From positions 178,954 to 242,953 of the forward strand of contig JADGAV010000003.1 in the NCBI GenBank assembly GCA_015231825.1: a stretch of DNA of 64,000 bases. The letters are read 5' to 3'. The position numbers and the translations under genes were made by a program. Positions 29,775-38,106 of the stretch are shown here, piece by piece. Under the pieces are notes generated by a model that did no database searches, had not been told where the DNA came from, and saw nothing but the letters and a program-made list of their open reading frames with translations. This DNA comes from SAR324 cluster bacterium (GTDB lineage Bacteria > SAR324 > NAC60-12). Numbering within the stretch: position 1 is the first letter of the stretch; each line of letters begins with the position of its first letter.

Positions 29775-30668
29775 TCATTGTTGTCTGCTCACTCCTGCCA
29801 TCTCTTCCATAACAGCGCAGACCGCCGCAGTATCCTGTTTCGCCCTGCCATTGGCCAGCGCAGTTGTGTAGATTTGGGTGGATGCAGACATCAAGGGAAC
29901 AGGACATTGAAGCTGACTGGCAAAACTGCTGATGATATTGATGTCCTTCTGATAAACTTCCATCTTCATCGTCGCTTCATCATAGGATCCCTCCACCATC
30001 ATCGGGCCGCGCACTTCGAACATGCGGGAGGACCCCGCCCCGTCGCTGATGACTTTGTATACCAGTTCCGGGTCCAATCCACTCTTCATCCCGAGTACCA
30101 GGGCTTCTGCCGCGGCGACATTGTGGATTGTGACCAGCAGATTGGCAATAAATTTCATTTTGGACCCGGTGCCGAAATCGCCTACATAATAGTTGCCGCG
30201 AGAGAAACCTTCAAAGATCGAACTGCATTGTTCGCAGGCATCCGAATCTCCACTGGCGTAAACAATTAAATCTTTTTTGACCGCTTGAGCTCCGGTGCCG
30301 CTGAGGGGACAATCCAGCATTTCAATCCCTCCCGATTTCAAACGTTCATACGCATTCTGTTTTGTCTCCAGGGGAAGTGTGCTGGTTTCAACAACAATCA
30401 ATCCTGGTTTGGAAACCGCCATCAACCCATCCTTTCCATCCACTACGGCTTCCAGTGCCGCGATGCTTGGCAGCGAAGTGATCACCACATCGGATTGCTC
30501 GGCCAGATCTCGACAGGAATTCGCCGCACGTCCGTTCCGGCTGACCAGTGATTGGACTTGTTCGGGTTCAACATCATATCCCAGCACCGAAAAACCCGCT
30601 TTGAGGAGGTTTGCCGAGATGGCGGATCCCATAATTCCTAACCCGATAATACCAACTGTTTGTTTCAT
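29775..30668 (-). CDS. NAD(P)-dependent beta-hydroxyacid dehydrogenase (3-hydroxyisobutyrate dehydrogenase family)
   Basis: GIIGLGIMG, LDCPLSGTG and catalytic-Lys motif GSKMKFIANLL. Confidence 0.92.
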   Translation of the reverse strand: MKQTVGIIGLGIMGSAISANLLKAGFSVLGYDVEPEQVQSLVSRNGRAANSCRDLAEQSDVVITSLPSIAALEAVVDGKDGLMAVSKPGLIVVETSTLPLETKQNAYERLKSGGIEMLDCPLSGTGAQAVKKDLIVYASGDSDACEQCSSIFEGFSRGNYYVGDFGTGSKMKFIANLLVTIHNVAAAEALVLGMKSGLDPELVYKVISDGAGSSRMFEVRGPMMVEGSYDEATMKMEVYQKDINIISSFASQLQCPVPLMSASTQIYTTALANGRAKQDTAAVCAVMEEMAGVSRQQ

Positions 30669-30692
30669 GGTTGATCTCCTTCAAGGTAAATT

Positions 30693-32969
30693 TTACATTC
30701 GCAGCAATATATCCCGCAATATGGGATCACTGGCGATGGCCACTTCATTTTCAATTAAAGTCCCGCATCCGGGGCAATAAAACTGGCGATAGACCACTTG
30801 ATCATCGATGAAATCGATCGGATCGCCAATAAGCGGATTGGATCTGCTGATTTCTTTTTCTTCCAATTGGCAGTGATCTTTAAAATTGTCTTTCAGATCG
30901 CCTAAATCGGCATCACATTTGGCACAGGTCCAAAAGCTGCCGTTTTCATCCTGTTTGACATTGAGATATTCCGCCGCCTCCAGAATAATTTTCCCGGATC
31001 GATGCCCCGGTTGTCCTCCATTGACCCGGTTTCGGCGGACTTCGGATCTTTTTGCTTCCGTTAATGCAGTATCCACTTCACCATCAGCAGTGAGGACAAC
31101 ACCATACAATTCATTCGCTGCATTCGGGGAAATCAGGAAATTCTCAAGATCTGCCTGCACTTCAGCAGGATCACGGTCCATCGGATCACCAAATCCACCT
31201 CCACCAGACCAGCGCACGGCATAAACATCTTCCGGAAGTTGCGTAAAGTTTTCCTGACGGAGCTGCAGAGTGACCGATTTTCCTTCCAATTCTCCTATGT
31301 CTTCGGGCATGTTTTGAGCATGCATCCGCTCCAGCACATTGCTTTTCTTCAAAAACTGATACTGGTTGGTGGTAGAAGGATAACCGCCCATCATTCCGGG
31401 AGAAGTCGGCAATGCATTTCCGGAAGAAAGGGTGTCCTGGGTGATAAGCTCTGTGTTGTGAGGAATAAAACAACTTTCTGCCGACAGTCCTCCGCGATAT
31501 TTCCCCGCACCGCCCGAATCGGGAATTTCTTTACGGTAAAGGAACAAAAGGGGAAAACTTTGTTCCGTATGTTCAATATTGGGCAGCTGACAAATCGGGG
31601 TGCGTGCCTGACCTCCCGTATTGATGCCGTCCGCATGAGAAAACGCACCAATCGCTCCTCCAATCGGGTCGATCAGGAGATAGCCATAGCGTTCTCCCCA
31701 CTGATCAATGCCCCGAAAAATAGTAGCCGGCCATTGACTCGTTCCTCCAATACAAAAAATGTCTTTCCGCATTTGCGGATCAGGGAATATCATTTTTGAA
31801 ATAGCATTGTAGGCGGGATAAAGAGAAATCTCCATCGCCTGAACCGGAGCAGTGGAAACAGAGGCAGGAAAATTGGCACAATTGAAGGTCCCGGGACTGG
31901 GGTCAAACTTTATATGCCGCAAGGCTCCGCCGATGGCAAAATATTGATCCCAGCAAAGCAGTTCATTGATCGCCACCATCACAGATCCCCGCCAGCCGGA
32001 ATAGGTAGCATTCATCGCACCGTCCTGAGGAGCAGAACCTTCATTGTAAAAAGAAAGGGTGCTGCCTTTTTTTTCAACTGTCAGGATTACCCGATGCGTG
32101 CGCCGGTCTCCAGGGCGACAGGCTTCAATATAGGTCCGCTCCTGCCAGACCCCGTCAGGCAGCTTGGACATTTTGTTGAGAAATGCTTTTTCGGCATGGT
32201 TGATGATTTGTTTCATCACCCCCTTTACGGTCCGCGGACCATAGCGCTGGATGAGGGCAAGCACCCGCTCCCGGGCAGAAATATTCCCCGCCAGCTGCGC
32301 GCGGAAATCCAGGGCAACCATTTCAGGCTTTCGGGAAGACCGAAGATAAAGATCTTCAATGTCTTTGCGAACGACGTCGTTTTCTACAATCTTCACCGGA
32401 GGAATAAGAATGCCTTCGTCAAAAGCATCTCTTGCAGCGGGACAAAAACTTCCCGGAGTGATCCCGCCAATGTCATACTGGTGCAGACAATTGGTGACCC
32501 AGCAAAAAAGCTCTCCCTCATGAAATACCGGACAGATCAGCATCACATCCATTTGATGGGCTGCACCAACCCAGGGGTCGTTGGCCAGAAACATATCACC
32601 TTCCTGAATCCCGGGGTTTTCACTGCGATTCTCCAGGATCCATTTGACTTGAGTATCCGTCACCCCCGACATGTATTGCATATAAGGGCCAAAATAAATG
32701 AACTCCGCATCTTCTGTCAGCAGGGAAGGATTGAGATCCAGAGCATACATAGCAATCGGCGAACCTGAAATACGCTGAATGGTTGCACCATGTTCCTCAT
32801 TGATATTCCAAAGATTATGGCGGATTACTTCATAAGTGACAGGGTCAATATTCTGTTCCCATTCCCGATGCAGTTTTAAACGGTCCGATATTCGGAGTTT
32901 TTCCGGTGGAACATAAGCTTGGGAGACCCCATCAAACAGAGTATCCGGCATTTCGCTGATGCGTGGCAT
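30693..32969 (-). CDS. Hydantoinase B/oxoprolinase family subunit with fused C-terminal acetone-carboxylase-gamma-like Zn domain
   Basis: DPVTYEVIRH, NDPWVGAAHQMD, HQYDIGG, FDEGILIPPVK, DSGGAGKYRGG and GGGGFGDPMDRDP, then CAKC...RQFYCPGCGTLIENEV. Start ATG 32969 with RBS GAAAGGAG. Confidence 0.9.
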   Translation of the reverse strand: MPRISEMPDTLFDGVSQAYVPPEKLRISDRLKLHREWEQNIDPVTYEVIRHNLWNINEEHGATIQRISGSPIAMYALDLNPSLLTEDAEFIYFGPYMQYMSGVTDTQVKWILENRSENPGIQEGDMFLANDPWVGAAHQMDVMLICPVFHEGELFCWVTNCLHQYDIGGITPGSFCPAARDAFDEGILIPPVKIVENDVVRKDIEDLYLRSSRKPEMVALDFRAQLAGNISARERVLALIQRYGPRTVKGVMKQIINHAEKAFLNKMSKLPDGVWQERTYIEACRPGDRRTHRVILTVEKKGSTLSFYNEGSAPQDGAMNATYSGWRGSVMVAINELLCWDQYFAIGGALRHIKFDPSPGTFNCANFPASVSTAPVQAMEISLYPAYNAISKMIFPDPQMRKDIFCIGGTSQWPATIFRGIDQWGERYGYLLIDPIGGAIGAFSHADGINTGGQARTPICQLPNIEHTEQSFPLLFLYRKEIPDSGGAGKYRGGLSAESCFIPHNTELITQDTLSSGNALPTSPGMMGGYPSTTNQYQFLKKSNVLERMHAQNMPEDIGELEGKSVTLQLRQENFTQLPEDVYAVRWSGGGGFGDPMDRDPAEVQADLENFLISPNAANELYGVVLTADGEVDTALTEAKRSEVRRNRVNGGQPGHRSGKIILEAAEYLNVKQDENGSFWTCAKCDADLGDLKDNFKDHCQLEEKEISRSNPLIGDPIDFIDDQVVYRQFYCPGCGTLIENEVAIASDPILRDILLRM

Positions 32970-32982
32970 GATCCTTCTCCTT

Positions 32983-35082
32983 TCAAAGCTCAATTTCAAA
33001 ATTACCCCAGGCATCCACCGTCAAGTGTTGTCCCGGATGCAGCACAACGGTGGTCATCTCCAGTTCGAGAACTGCAGGGCCGCTGATTTGATTGCCCGGC
33101 ACAAGTTGGTGCCCGTCATAAATAGGAGTATCGTTTTTCGGACCAAGATCCGGCCAATGCACCTCCCGTGGGCGGCGAACCGCAGATTCCGGGATCTTTT
33201 CCGTCAGGACCTCTGCAGCTGGAATATGTGGTTTCGGAGTCTGTGCTGTTGCCCGGCAGCGCACTGCCACGATTTCTAACTGGGCACCGGGCAGTGACGC
33301 ACCTTTTCCATAAAGCTGCTCGTAGTTGACAACAAAACGCGTGCGCAAAGGCTCCAGCTGTGCGGCTTCAATCTGATCGCCATCAATTTCAACTTCCACT
33401 TCATGAATTTGCCCCTTATGCCGCATATCAAAGGTGAAGCGGAACTGCTGATGCTCTGCCTGAACCCCTTCTTCAATCAATTGTTCCAAAGCTTGTGTCT
33501 TCAAATTTCCGATGACGGCGTTGAGGCGAGCCGGATCAAAGGGGGAGCTCATAATATCAACCTGATCGCTGATGTGCAGAATATCTGCTGCGGCAGAACC
33601 AAAAGCACACCAGACTGAAGCAGTATCTCTCTGAGGAATTATTATCTTCTGCACTCCGAGTTCACGGGCGAAGACACCGGCATGCACCGGGCCGGCTCCT
33701 CCAAAGGCAAAGAGCACAAAATCCCTTGGATCAAACCCTTTTTGAATGGTCACTTTTCGGATCAAATCGGCCATTTGAAAATCAGCAATTTTCACAATCC
33801 CTGCCGCGCATTCGTATAAATCCATCCCCAAACGATCTGCAATTTCCCCAATTGCCGCTTCCGCGGCAGCTTTATCCAGCTGCATTGTACCACTGGCAAA
33901 ATGATCGGGTGAGAGATAGCCCAGTACAACATCGGCATCAGTCACTGTCGCCACCCGGCCCCCTCGCTGGTAACAGACAGGACCGGGAACAGCCCCTGCG
34001 CTTTCCGGCCCAACCCGCAAAGTGCCGGTGACTTCATCTATCCAAACTTTGCTTCCTCCACCGCTGCCGATCGCCTGTATATCGACTTTGGGTAAAAAAT
34101 ATTCATACTGATTGACCAGACTATGGAAGGAAAACGCCGGTTCGCCCTTGAAAACAACTCCCACGTCAAAAGAAGTTCCTCCCATGTCGGTCGTGATGAT
34201 ATTGGAATAGCCCATTGCTTCTCCAATGTATTTGGCTCCCATCACACCGGAGACCGGACCTGAATCCAAAGTCAGCAATGGTGCTTTCACAGCCCGTTCA
34301 ATCGCAATGGTTCCCCCGGCACACTGGGTGATTTGAACTGGAGACGAATACCCCAGTTGACTCAATTGCTCTTCTACCTTTCTCAGATAGGCAGTGGTTT
34401 CAGGACCAATATAGGCGTTCAGCGCCACTGCAGTGGTCCGTTCGTATTCACCCCATTTCGGAATCAGCTCTGAAGAGCAGGTCACGAACAGATCCGGCGC
34501 CATGGATTCGACCATCTGCTGTACACGGCGTTCATGAAGCGGCTGCAAAAATGACCAGAGGAAACAAATCGCAATGGCCTCCACCCCCTGATCCACCAGA
34601 CGCTTGATGGACTGCCTCACTTCTTCCTCATTCAGTTCAACCACAATTTTGCCAAAACAATCCACTCGCTCCGAGACCCCCTGGATTAAACGCTTGGGAA
34701 CAATCGGATCCGGCTTGCTGCTCTCTGCAAAATGCACGACCTTCTGAACATCACGTCCCGAAAGGCCTCGGGATCCGCGCATAATATGGATCACATCGTT
34801 GTGCCCGCGGGTAGTGATCAATCCCACTTTCGCTCCCTTTTTCTGCACAACGGCATTGGTGCCCACCGTCGTGCCATGGGCGAGATGAGTGATGGATTGA
34901 GCCAGCTTTTCCGGAGACAATTCCAGTTTCTCAGCAGCCGCGGTCAACGCGGCCATCATTCCATTGGTGAAATTGCCGGGAGTTGAGGGCGCTTTTGCTG
35001 TGATCACCGTTCCTGCCTGATCAACAACGACACAATCAGTAAAGGTGCCACCAATGTCTATTCCACAGAGATAGGACGTCAT
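32983..35082 (-). CDS. Hydantoinase A/oxoprolinase family ATP-binding subunit
   Basis: GIDIGGTFTD, HGTTVGTNA, EYERTTAVALNAY, DMGGTSFD, GPESAGAVPGPVCY, FGGAGPVHA and GPAVLE. Confidence 0.95.
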   Translation of the reverse strand: MTSYLCGIDIGGTFTDCVVVDQAGTVITAKAPSTPGNFTNGMMAALTAAAEKLELSPEKLAQSITHLAHGTTVGTNAVVQKKGAKVGLITTRGHNDVIHIMRGSRGLSGRDVQKVVHFAESSKPDPIVPKRLIQGVSERVDCFGKIVVELNEEEVRQSIKRLVDQGVEAIAICFLWSFLQPLHERRVQQMVESMAPDLFVTCSSELIPKWGEYERTTAVALNAYIGPETTAYLRKVEEQLSQLGYSSPVQITQCAGGTIAIERAVKAPLLTLDSGPVSGVMGAKYIGEAMGYSNIITTDMGGTSFDVGVVFKGEPAFSFHSLVNQYEYFLPKVDIQAIGSGGGSKVWIDEVTGTLRVGPESAGAVPGPVCYQRGGRVATVTDADVVLGYLSPDHFASGTMQLDKAAAEAAIGEIADRLGMDLYECAAGIVKIADFQMADLIRKVTIQKGFDPRDFVLFAFGGAGPVHAGVFARELGVQKIIIPQRDTASVWCAFGSAAADILHISDQVDIMSSPFDPARLNAVIGNLKTQALEQLIEEGVQAEHQQFRFTFDMRHKGQIHEVEVEIDGDQIEAAQLEPLRTRFVVNYEQLYGKGASLPGAQLEIVAVRCRATAQTPKPHIPAAEVLTEKIPESAVRRPREVHWPDLGPKNDTPIYDGHQLVPGNQISGPAVLELEMTTVVLHPGQHLTVDAWGNFEIEL

Positions 35083-35095
35083 AGAATTCTCCCGC

Positions 35096-35626
35096 TTATT
35101 GTGCAGAATCTACAACCAGGTTTCCGGACTCATCGAGACTCAGTCCAGTTTCCTGCGCACGATTCAGCACCGAAGGTGACCAGGACACTTTTCCTGCATC
35201 GGTGCCACCGAGAATTGCCATCAGATAGCCGGGTTCTTCTCCCACGTTTCGAAATCCGCGCATCACTCCCACGGGGACTGAAATCACATCAAAAGGTTCC
35301 AGAATAAATTCATTTTCTCCATCATCCCCCCAATAAACTGACCATCTGCCGGACATTGGGATGAAAACCTCCACAGTGGGGTGCGAATGCAGGGCGGCTC
35401 CTTTTCCAGGCTCCGCTCCCACATAGGTAATGTTGAATCCCTGAGGATCGCTGATTGCCGGTTTGAGTTCAGGGTCTTCGGTAACGCCGGGGCCGATCAC
35501 GTTGAAGATGTCCCTCAGGTGTTCCGGCAATCGGGTGTCAACAAAAGCCTGTTTGCTGGGTTTCAGTGTTTTGAAACGAGCCAGACGCTCCTCCATTTTT
35601 TCCTTTGAAATAGTGACTGTATCCAT
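35096..35626 (-). CDS. Cupin-domain protein
   Basis: GAALHSHPTVEVFIPMSGRW...DVISVPVGVMRGFRN; first gene of the hydantoinase operon. Confidence 0.88.
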   Translation of the reverse strand: MDTVTISKEKMEERLARFKTLKPSKQAFVDTRLPEHLRDIFNVIGPGVTEDPELKPAISDPQGFNITYVGAEPGKGAALHSHPTVEVFIPMSGRWSVYWGDDGENEFILEPFDVISVPVGVMRGFRNVGEEPGYLMAILGGTDAGKVSWSPSVLNRAQETGLSLDESGNLVVDSAQ

Positions 35627-36036
35627 ATTCGGTTTCTGTATTTTTCGGGTTCTGAAAGTTGCTCCAAAAGCATTTAAGAATCATGAATTTCTAACACAAT
35701 TATTTTCCATTTGACAGAAGAAAATTGTTTGGAATTTGAGTGGCAGGGAGTAAGAATTTTTCTTCCCTTTTTTGGATTCTGCATGATAAAGTTGCTTCCT
35801 GGAAGGCAGTTAGCTGATCGTGTTCGAGACCCTGACTGCCAAACAAAGAAATTGAACAAAGATGACACCAGGAGCAAGGTCGCGTTCAATTCATTCGGTA
35901 AATGAATCCATTAGGATTCGGCCCTTAGAGACTCACTCAACATGTTGATTTCCGGGCAATTGAGCAAGATTTCAGCAAAAGTTTCATTGAATTTCGTACC
36001 GGAAAAAACCTGAACCTTTCAATTGGAGGATCGCAG

Positions 36037-36903
36037 ATGAAAACACCGCGAATCAAATACACTCCCAGCTGGGCACGAAGACCCTTGAAGCCGCCGCCCG
36101 GCGGCAACCTGATCGTTTTCACTCTGGTCAATGTGGAACATTGGGTTTACAGCGAAACCATGCCCAGGACCGTAATCCCTCCCCCGCAGGGAGGATCGAA
36201 TCCTCCGCCTGATATTCCGAACTGGAGTTGGAAAGAATATGGATGGCGTTGCGGTTTGCCCAGAGTGATGAAAATTCTGAAGGAATTTGGAATACGGGTA
36301 ACGGCCAGTATCAATGGTGACGTCTGCAACGCCTACCCGGAGATGGCCCGTTACATGAACGATGAGGATTGGGATTTTATGGGTCATGGCTGGGTGCAGA
36401 CCCCCATGAACAAAGTTTCAGACGAACGGGAAACTTTGATCAAAACAAAAGAAACCATCGAGGCATTTACCGGAAAGAAAATGCGGGGATGGATGGGGCC
36501 CGGCATGGTAGAGACCTTTGATACCCCTGATCTAATGAAAGAAGTCGGGATCGACTGGACCTGTGATTTCCCAATTGATGATTTACCATTCGAGATCGAA
36601 ACCAAGCATGGGCCTCTTGTCGGCCTGCCATACACTTTTGAACTGAACGACATCGTCGTCTATCCTGTCGAAAAACACAGTTCAGAAGAAATCTATCGTC
36701 GTTTCCGAGACGGACTTCCCGTCTACTTGGAAGAAAGCAAAAACGAACCGCGCATCATGGTCATTTCCGCGCATCCTTATACCATCGGTGCGCCGCATCG
36801 GATCGTCTGGTACCGCAAAATGTTTGAAGACCTCTCCCGTTTACCCGGCGTGGTCTATATGACAGGCAGCGAAATAGCAGACTGGTATCTTTCCCAACAG
36901 TAA
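36037..36903 (+). CDS. Polysaccharide deacetylase family amidohydrolase (PuuE/allantoinase-like)
   Basis: VNVEHW, NWSWKEYGWRCG, FMGHGW, RGWMGPG, DDLPF, PYTFELND and ISAHPY-x-x-GAPHR. Cytoplasmic; RBS GGAGGA. Confidence 0.88.
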   Translation: MKTPRIKYTPSWARRPLKPPPGGNLIVFTLVNVEHWVYSETMPRTVIPPPQGGSNPPPDIPNWSWKEYGWRCGLPRVMKILKEFGIRVTASINGDVCNAYPEMARYMNDEDWDFMGHGWVQTPMNKVSDERETLIKTKETIEAFTGKKMRGWMGPGMVETFDTPDLMKEVGIDWTCDFPIDDLPFEIETKHGPLVGLPYTFELNDIVVYPVEKHSSEEIYRRFRDGLPVYLEESKNEPRIMVISAHPYTIGAPHRIVWYRKMFEDLSRLPGVVYMTGSEIADWYLSQQ

Positions 36904-36942
36904 AGGATACCGTTGGGAAAATTTAGGGAGCCGTGTCCATTT

Positions 36943-37860
36943 TCAGCGTCGAGCAGCACGGACTCCTTCTGCAGCCCATTTATCGCAGGCCTGATTGGCA
37001 TCCTTCCTTGTTCCGGTTATCCGGTCTCCAGAAAAAAAGGCGAGACCGCAGCAGATGGAATTGTCAGAATACCAGTACCAGTAGGCCGCATTGTCAGAAA
37101 AGATCGCATCCAAATGTAAAGGATAGGCAGAATCGCGCGCGTAACTGATATTGTTTGATTTTTCCATTTCATAAATGGATTTCAATTCTTCAACGGTCGG
37201 AATTCTCCAATCGGTGTATCCTCCGGTATTCAATTGGCTCACATAATTTTTCGCGTCATTGTAGTTCACGCAGCGGCCGAGATCCGCATAACTGTCCTTT
37301 TTCGTCCACATGACCCCTGTCTTGGTGTCGGTAACGGTGCCGTTGCCGTGATCAACGTAGCGCCCATCTTGAGAACGAGTTTCTGCTGCTGAAGGAGCCT
37401 GCGGGGCAGGGGTTGGCTGGACTGGAGCAGGCGCCGAAGCAACGGGTGCCGGTGCCTGGGGCATCGGCACAATGGCGGATGGATTCGGTATCCCCACGCT
37501 GAAGGAAACCGAGGCCACTTCCCGCCCGTTATCGTCCGTATCATGCATCCTCAAGTCATAGGCGCCATTGCTGTTGGGAGCTTTAAAGCTGAGTGTTCCA
37601 CGGGTCTTTTTGCTGAGATACTGATACCCCATGTTGTTTTTGTCATTTTCACTTTCTCTGCCATGAACGATCTGAGAGGGAACAATTCCTATCCAGGCAT
37701 TTTCTGCATAATTTGATTGGGCATCAAATTGTACTTGAATTTCTTCACCCGGGGTAAAGATATATTTTCCAATCAACAGATTTTGAGCCTCGGCAGAATG
37801 AGTCGCAATCGAAATTAAAACTATTGATCCGAACAGAGAAAAAATGATTGATTTATTCAT
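36943..37860 (-). CDS. Secreted protein: signal peptide, Ig-like domain, Pro/Ala linker, DUF1566 (Lcl C-terminal, C-type-lectin-like) domain
   Basis: RYVDHGNGTVTDTKTGVMW, LNTGGYTDWRIPTVEELKSI and terminal VRAAR are DUF1566 hallmarks. Start ATG 37860 after GAAGGAG. Confidence 0.85.
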   Translation of the reverse strand: MNKSIIFSLFGSIVLISIATHSAEAQNLLIGKYIFTPGEEIQVQFDAQSNYAENAWIGIVPSQIVHGRESENDKNNMGYQYLSKKTRGTLSFKAPNSNGAYDLRMHDTDDNGREVASVSFSVGIPNPSAIVPMPQAPAPVASAPAPVQPTPAPQAPSAAETRSQDGRYVDHGNGTVTDTKTGVMWTKKDSYADLGRCVNYNDAKNYVSQLNTGGYTDWRIPTVEELKSIYEMEKSNNISYARDSAYPLHLDAIFSDNAAYWYWYSDNSICCGLAFFSGDRITGTRKDANQACDKWAAEGVRAARR

Positions 37861-38106
37861 GAAAAGCACTCCTTCCTGAAAGATTGTTCTGTCATCATGA
37901 TTTTGTCTTCAGAAATTGTATCGCGAATCAAAGGAAGTACAAGTGAAAAGTCGGATCGAAAAACGATTTAGTCTTGAAAAAGTCAAATAACTATTGACAA
38001 AAAAACGCCATTTGGCATTGTATATCATAATGAATGTTCAAGAGGAAAAACTTCCCGTTGACAACTGTTGAATGATTTTTCGACTTCCCACTTTTGGAGG
38101 AGGATT

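Noticed and set aside
31914-32768. Long antisense or alternate-frame ORFs (also 21266-21934, 41519-42235, 11082-11795, 17173-17847, 28761-29369, 3190-3612)
   Set aside because: All overlap well-supported genes and lack recognisable motifs or RBS, so they are treated as shadow ORFs.
36943-37150. DUF1566 C-terminus as a diversity-generating retroelement variable region
   Set aside because: DUF1566/CLec domains are common DGR targets, but I found no reverse transcriptase, avd-like gene or adenine-mismatched template repeat in the window. A remote DGR cannot be excluded without a genome-wide search.
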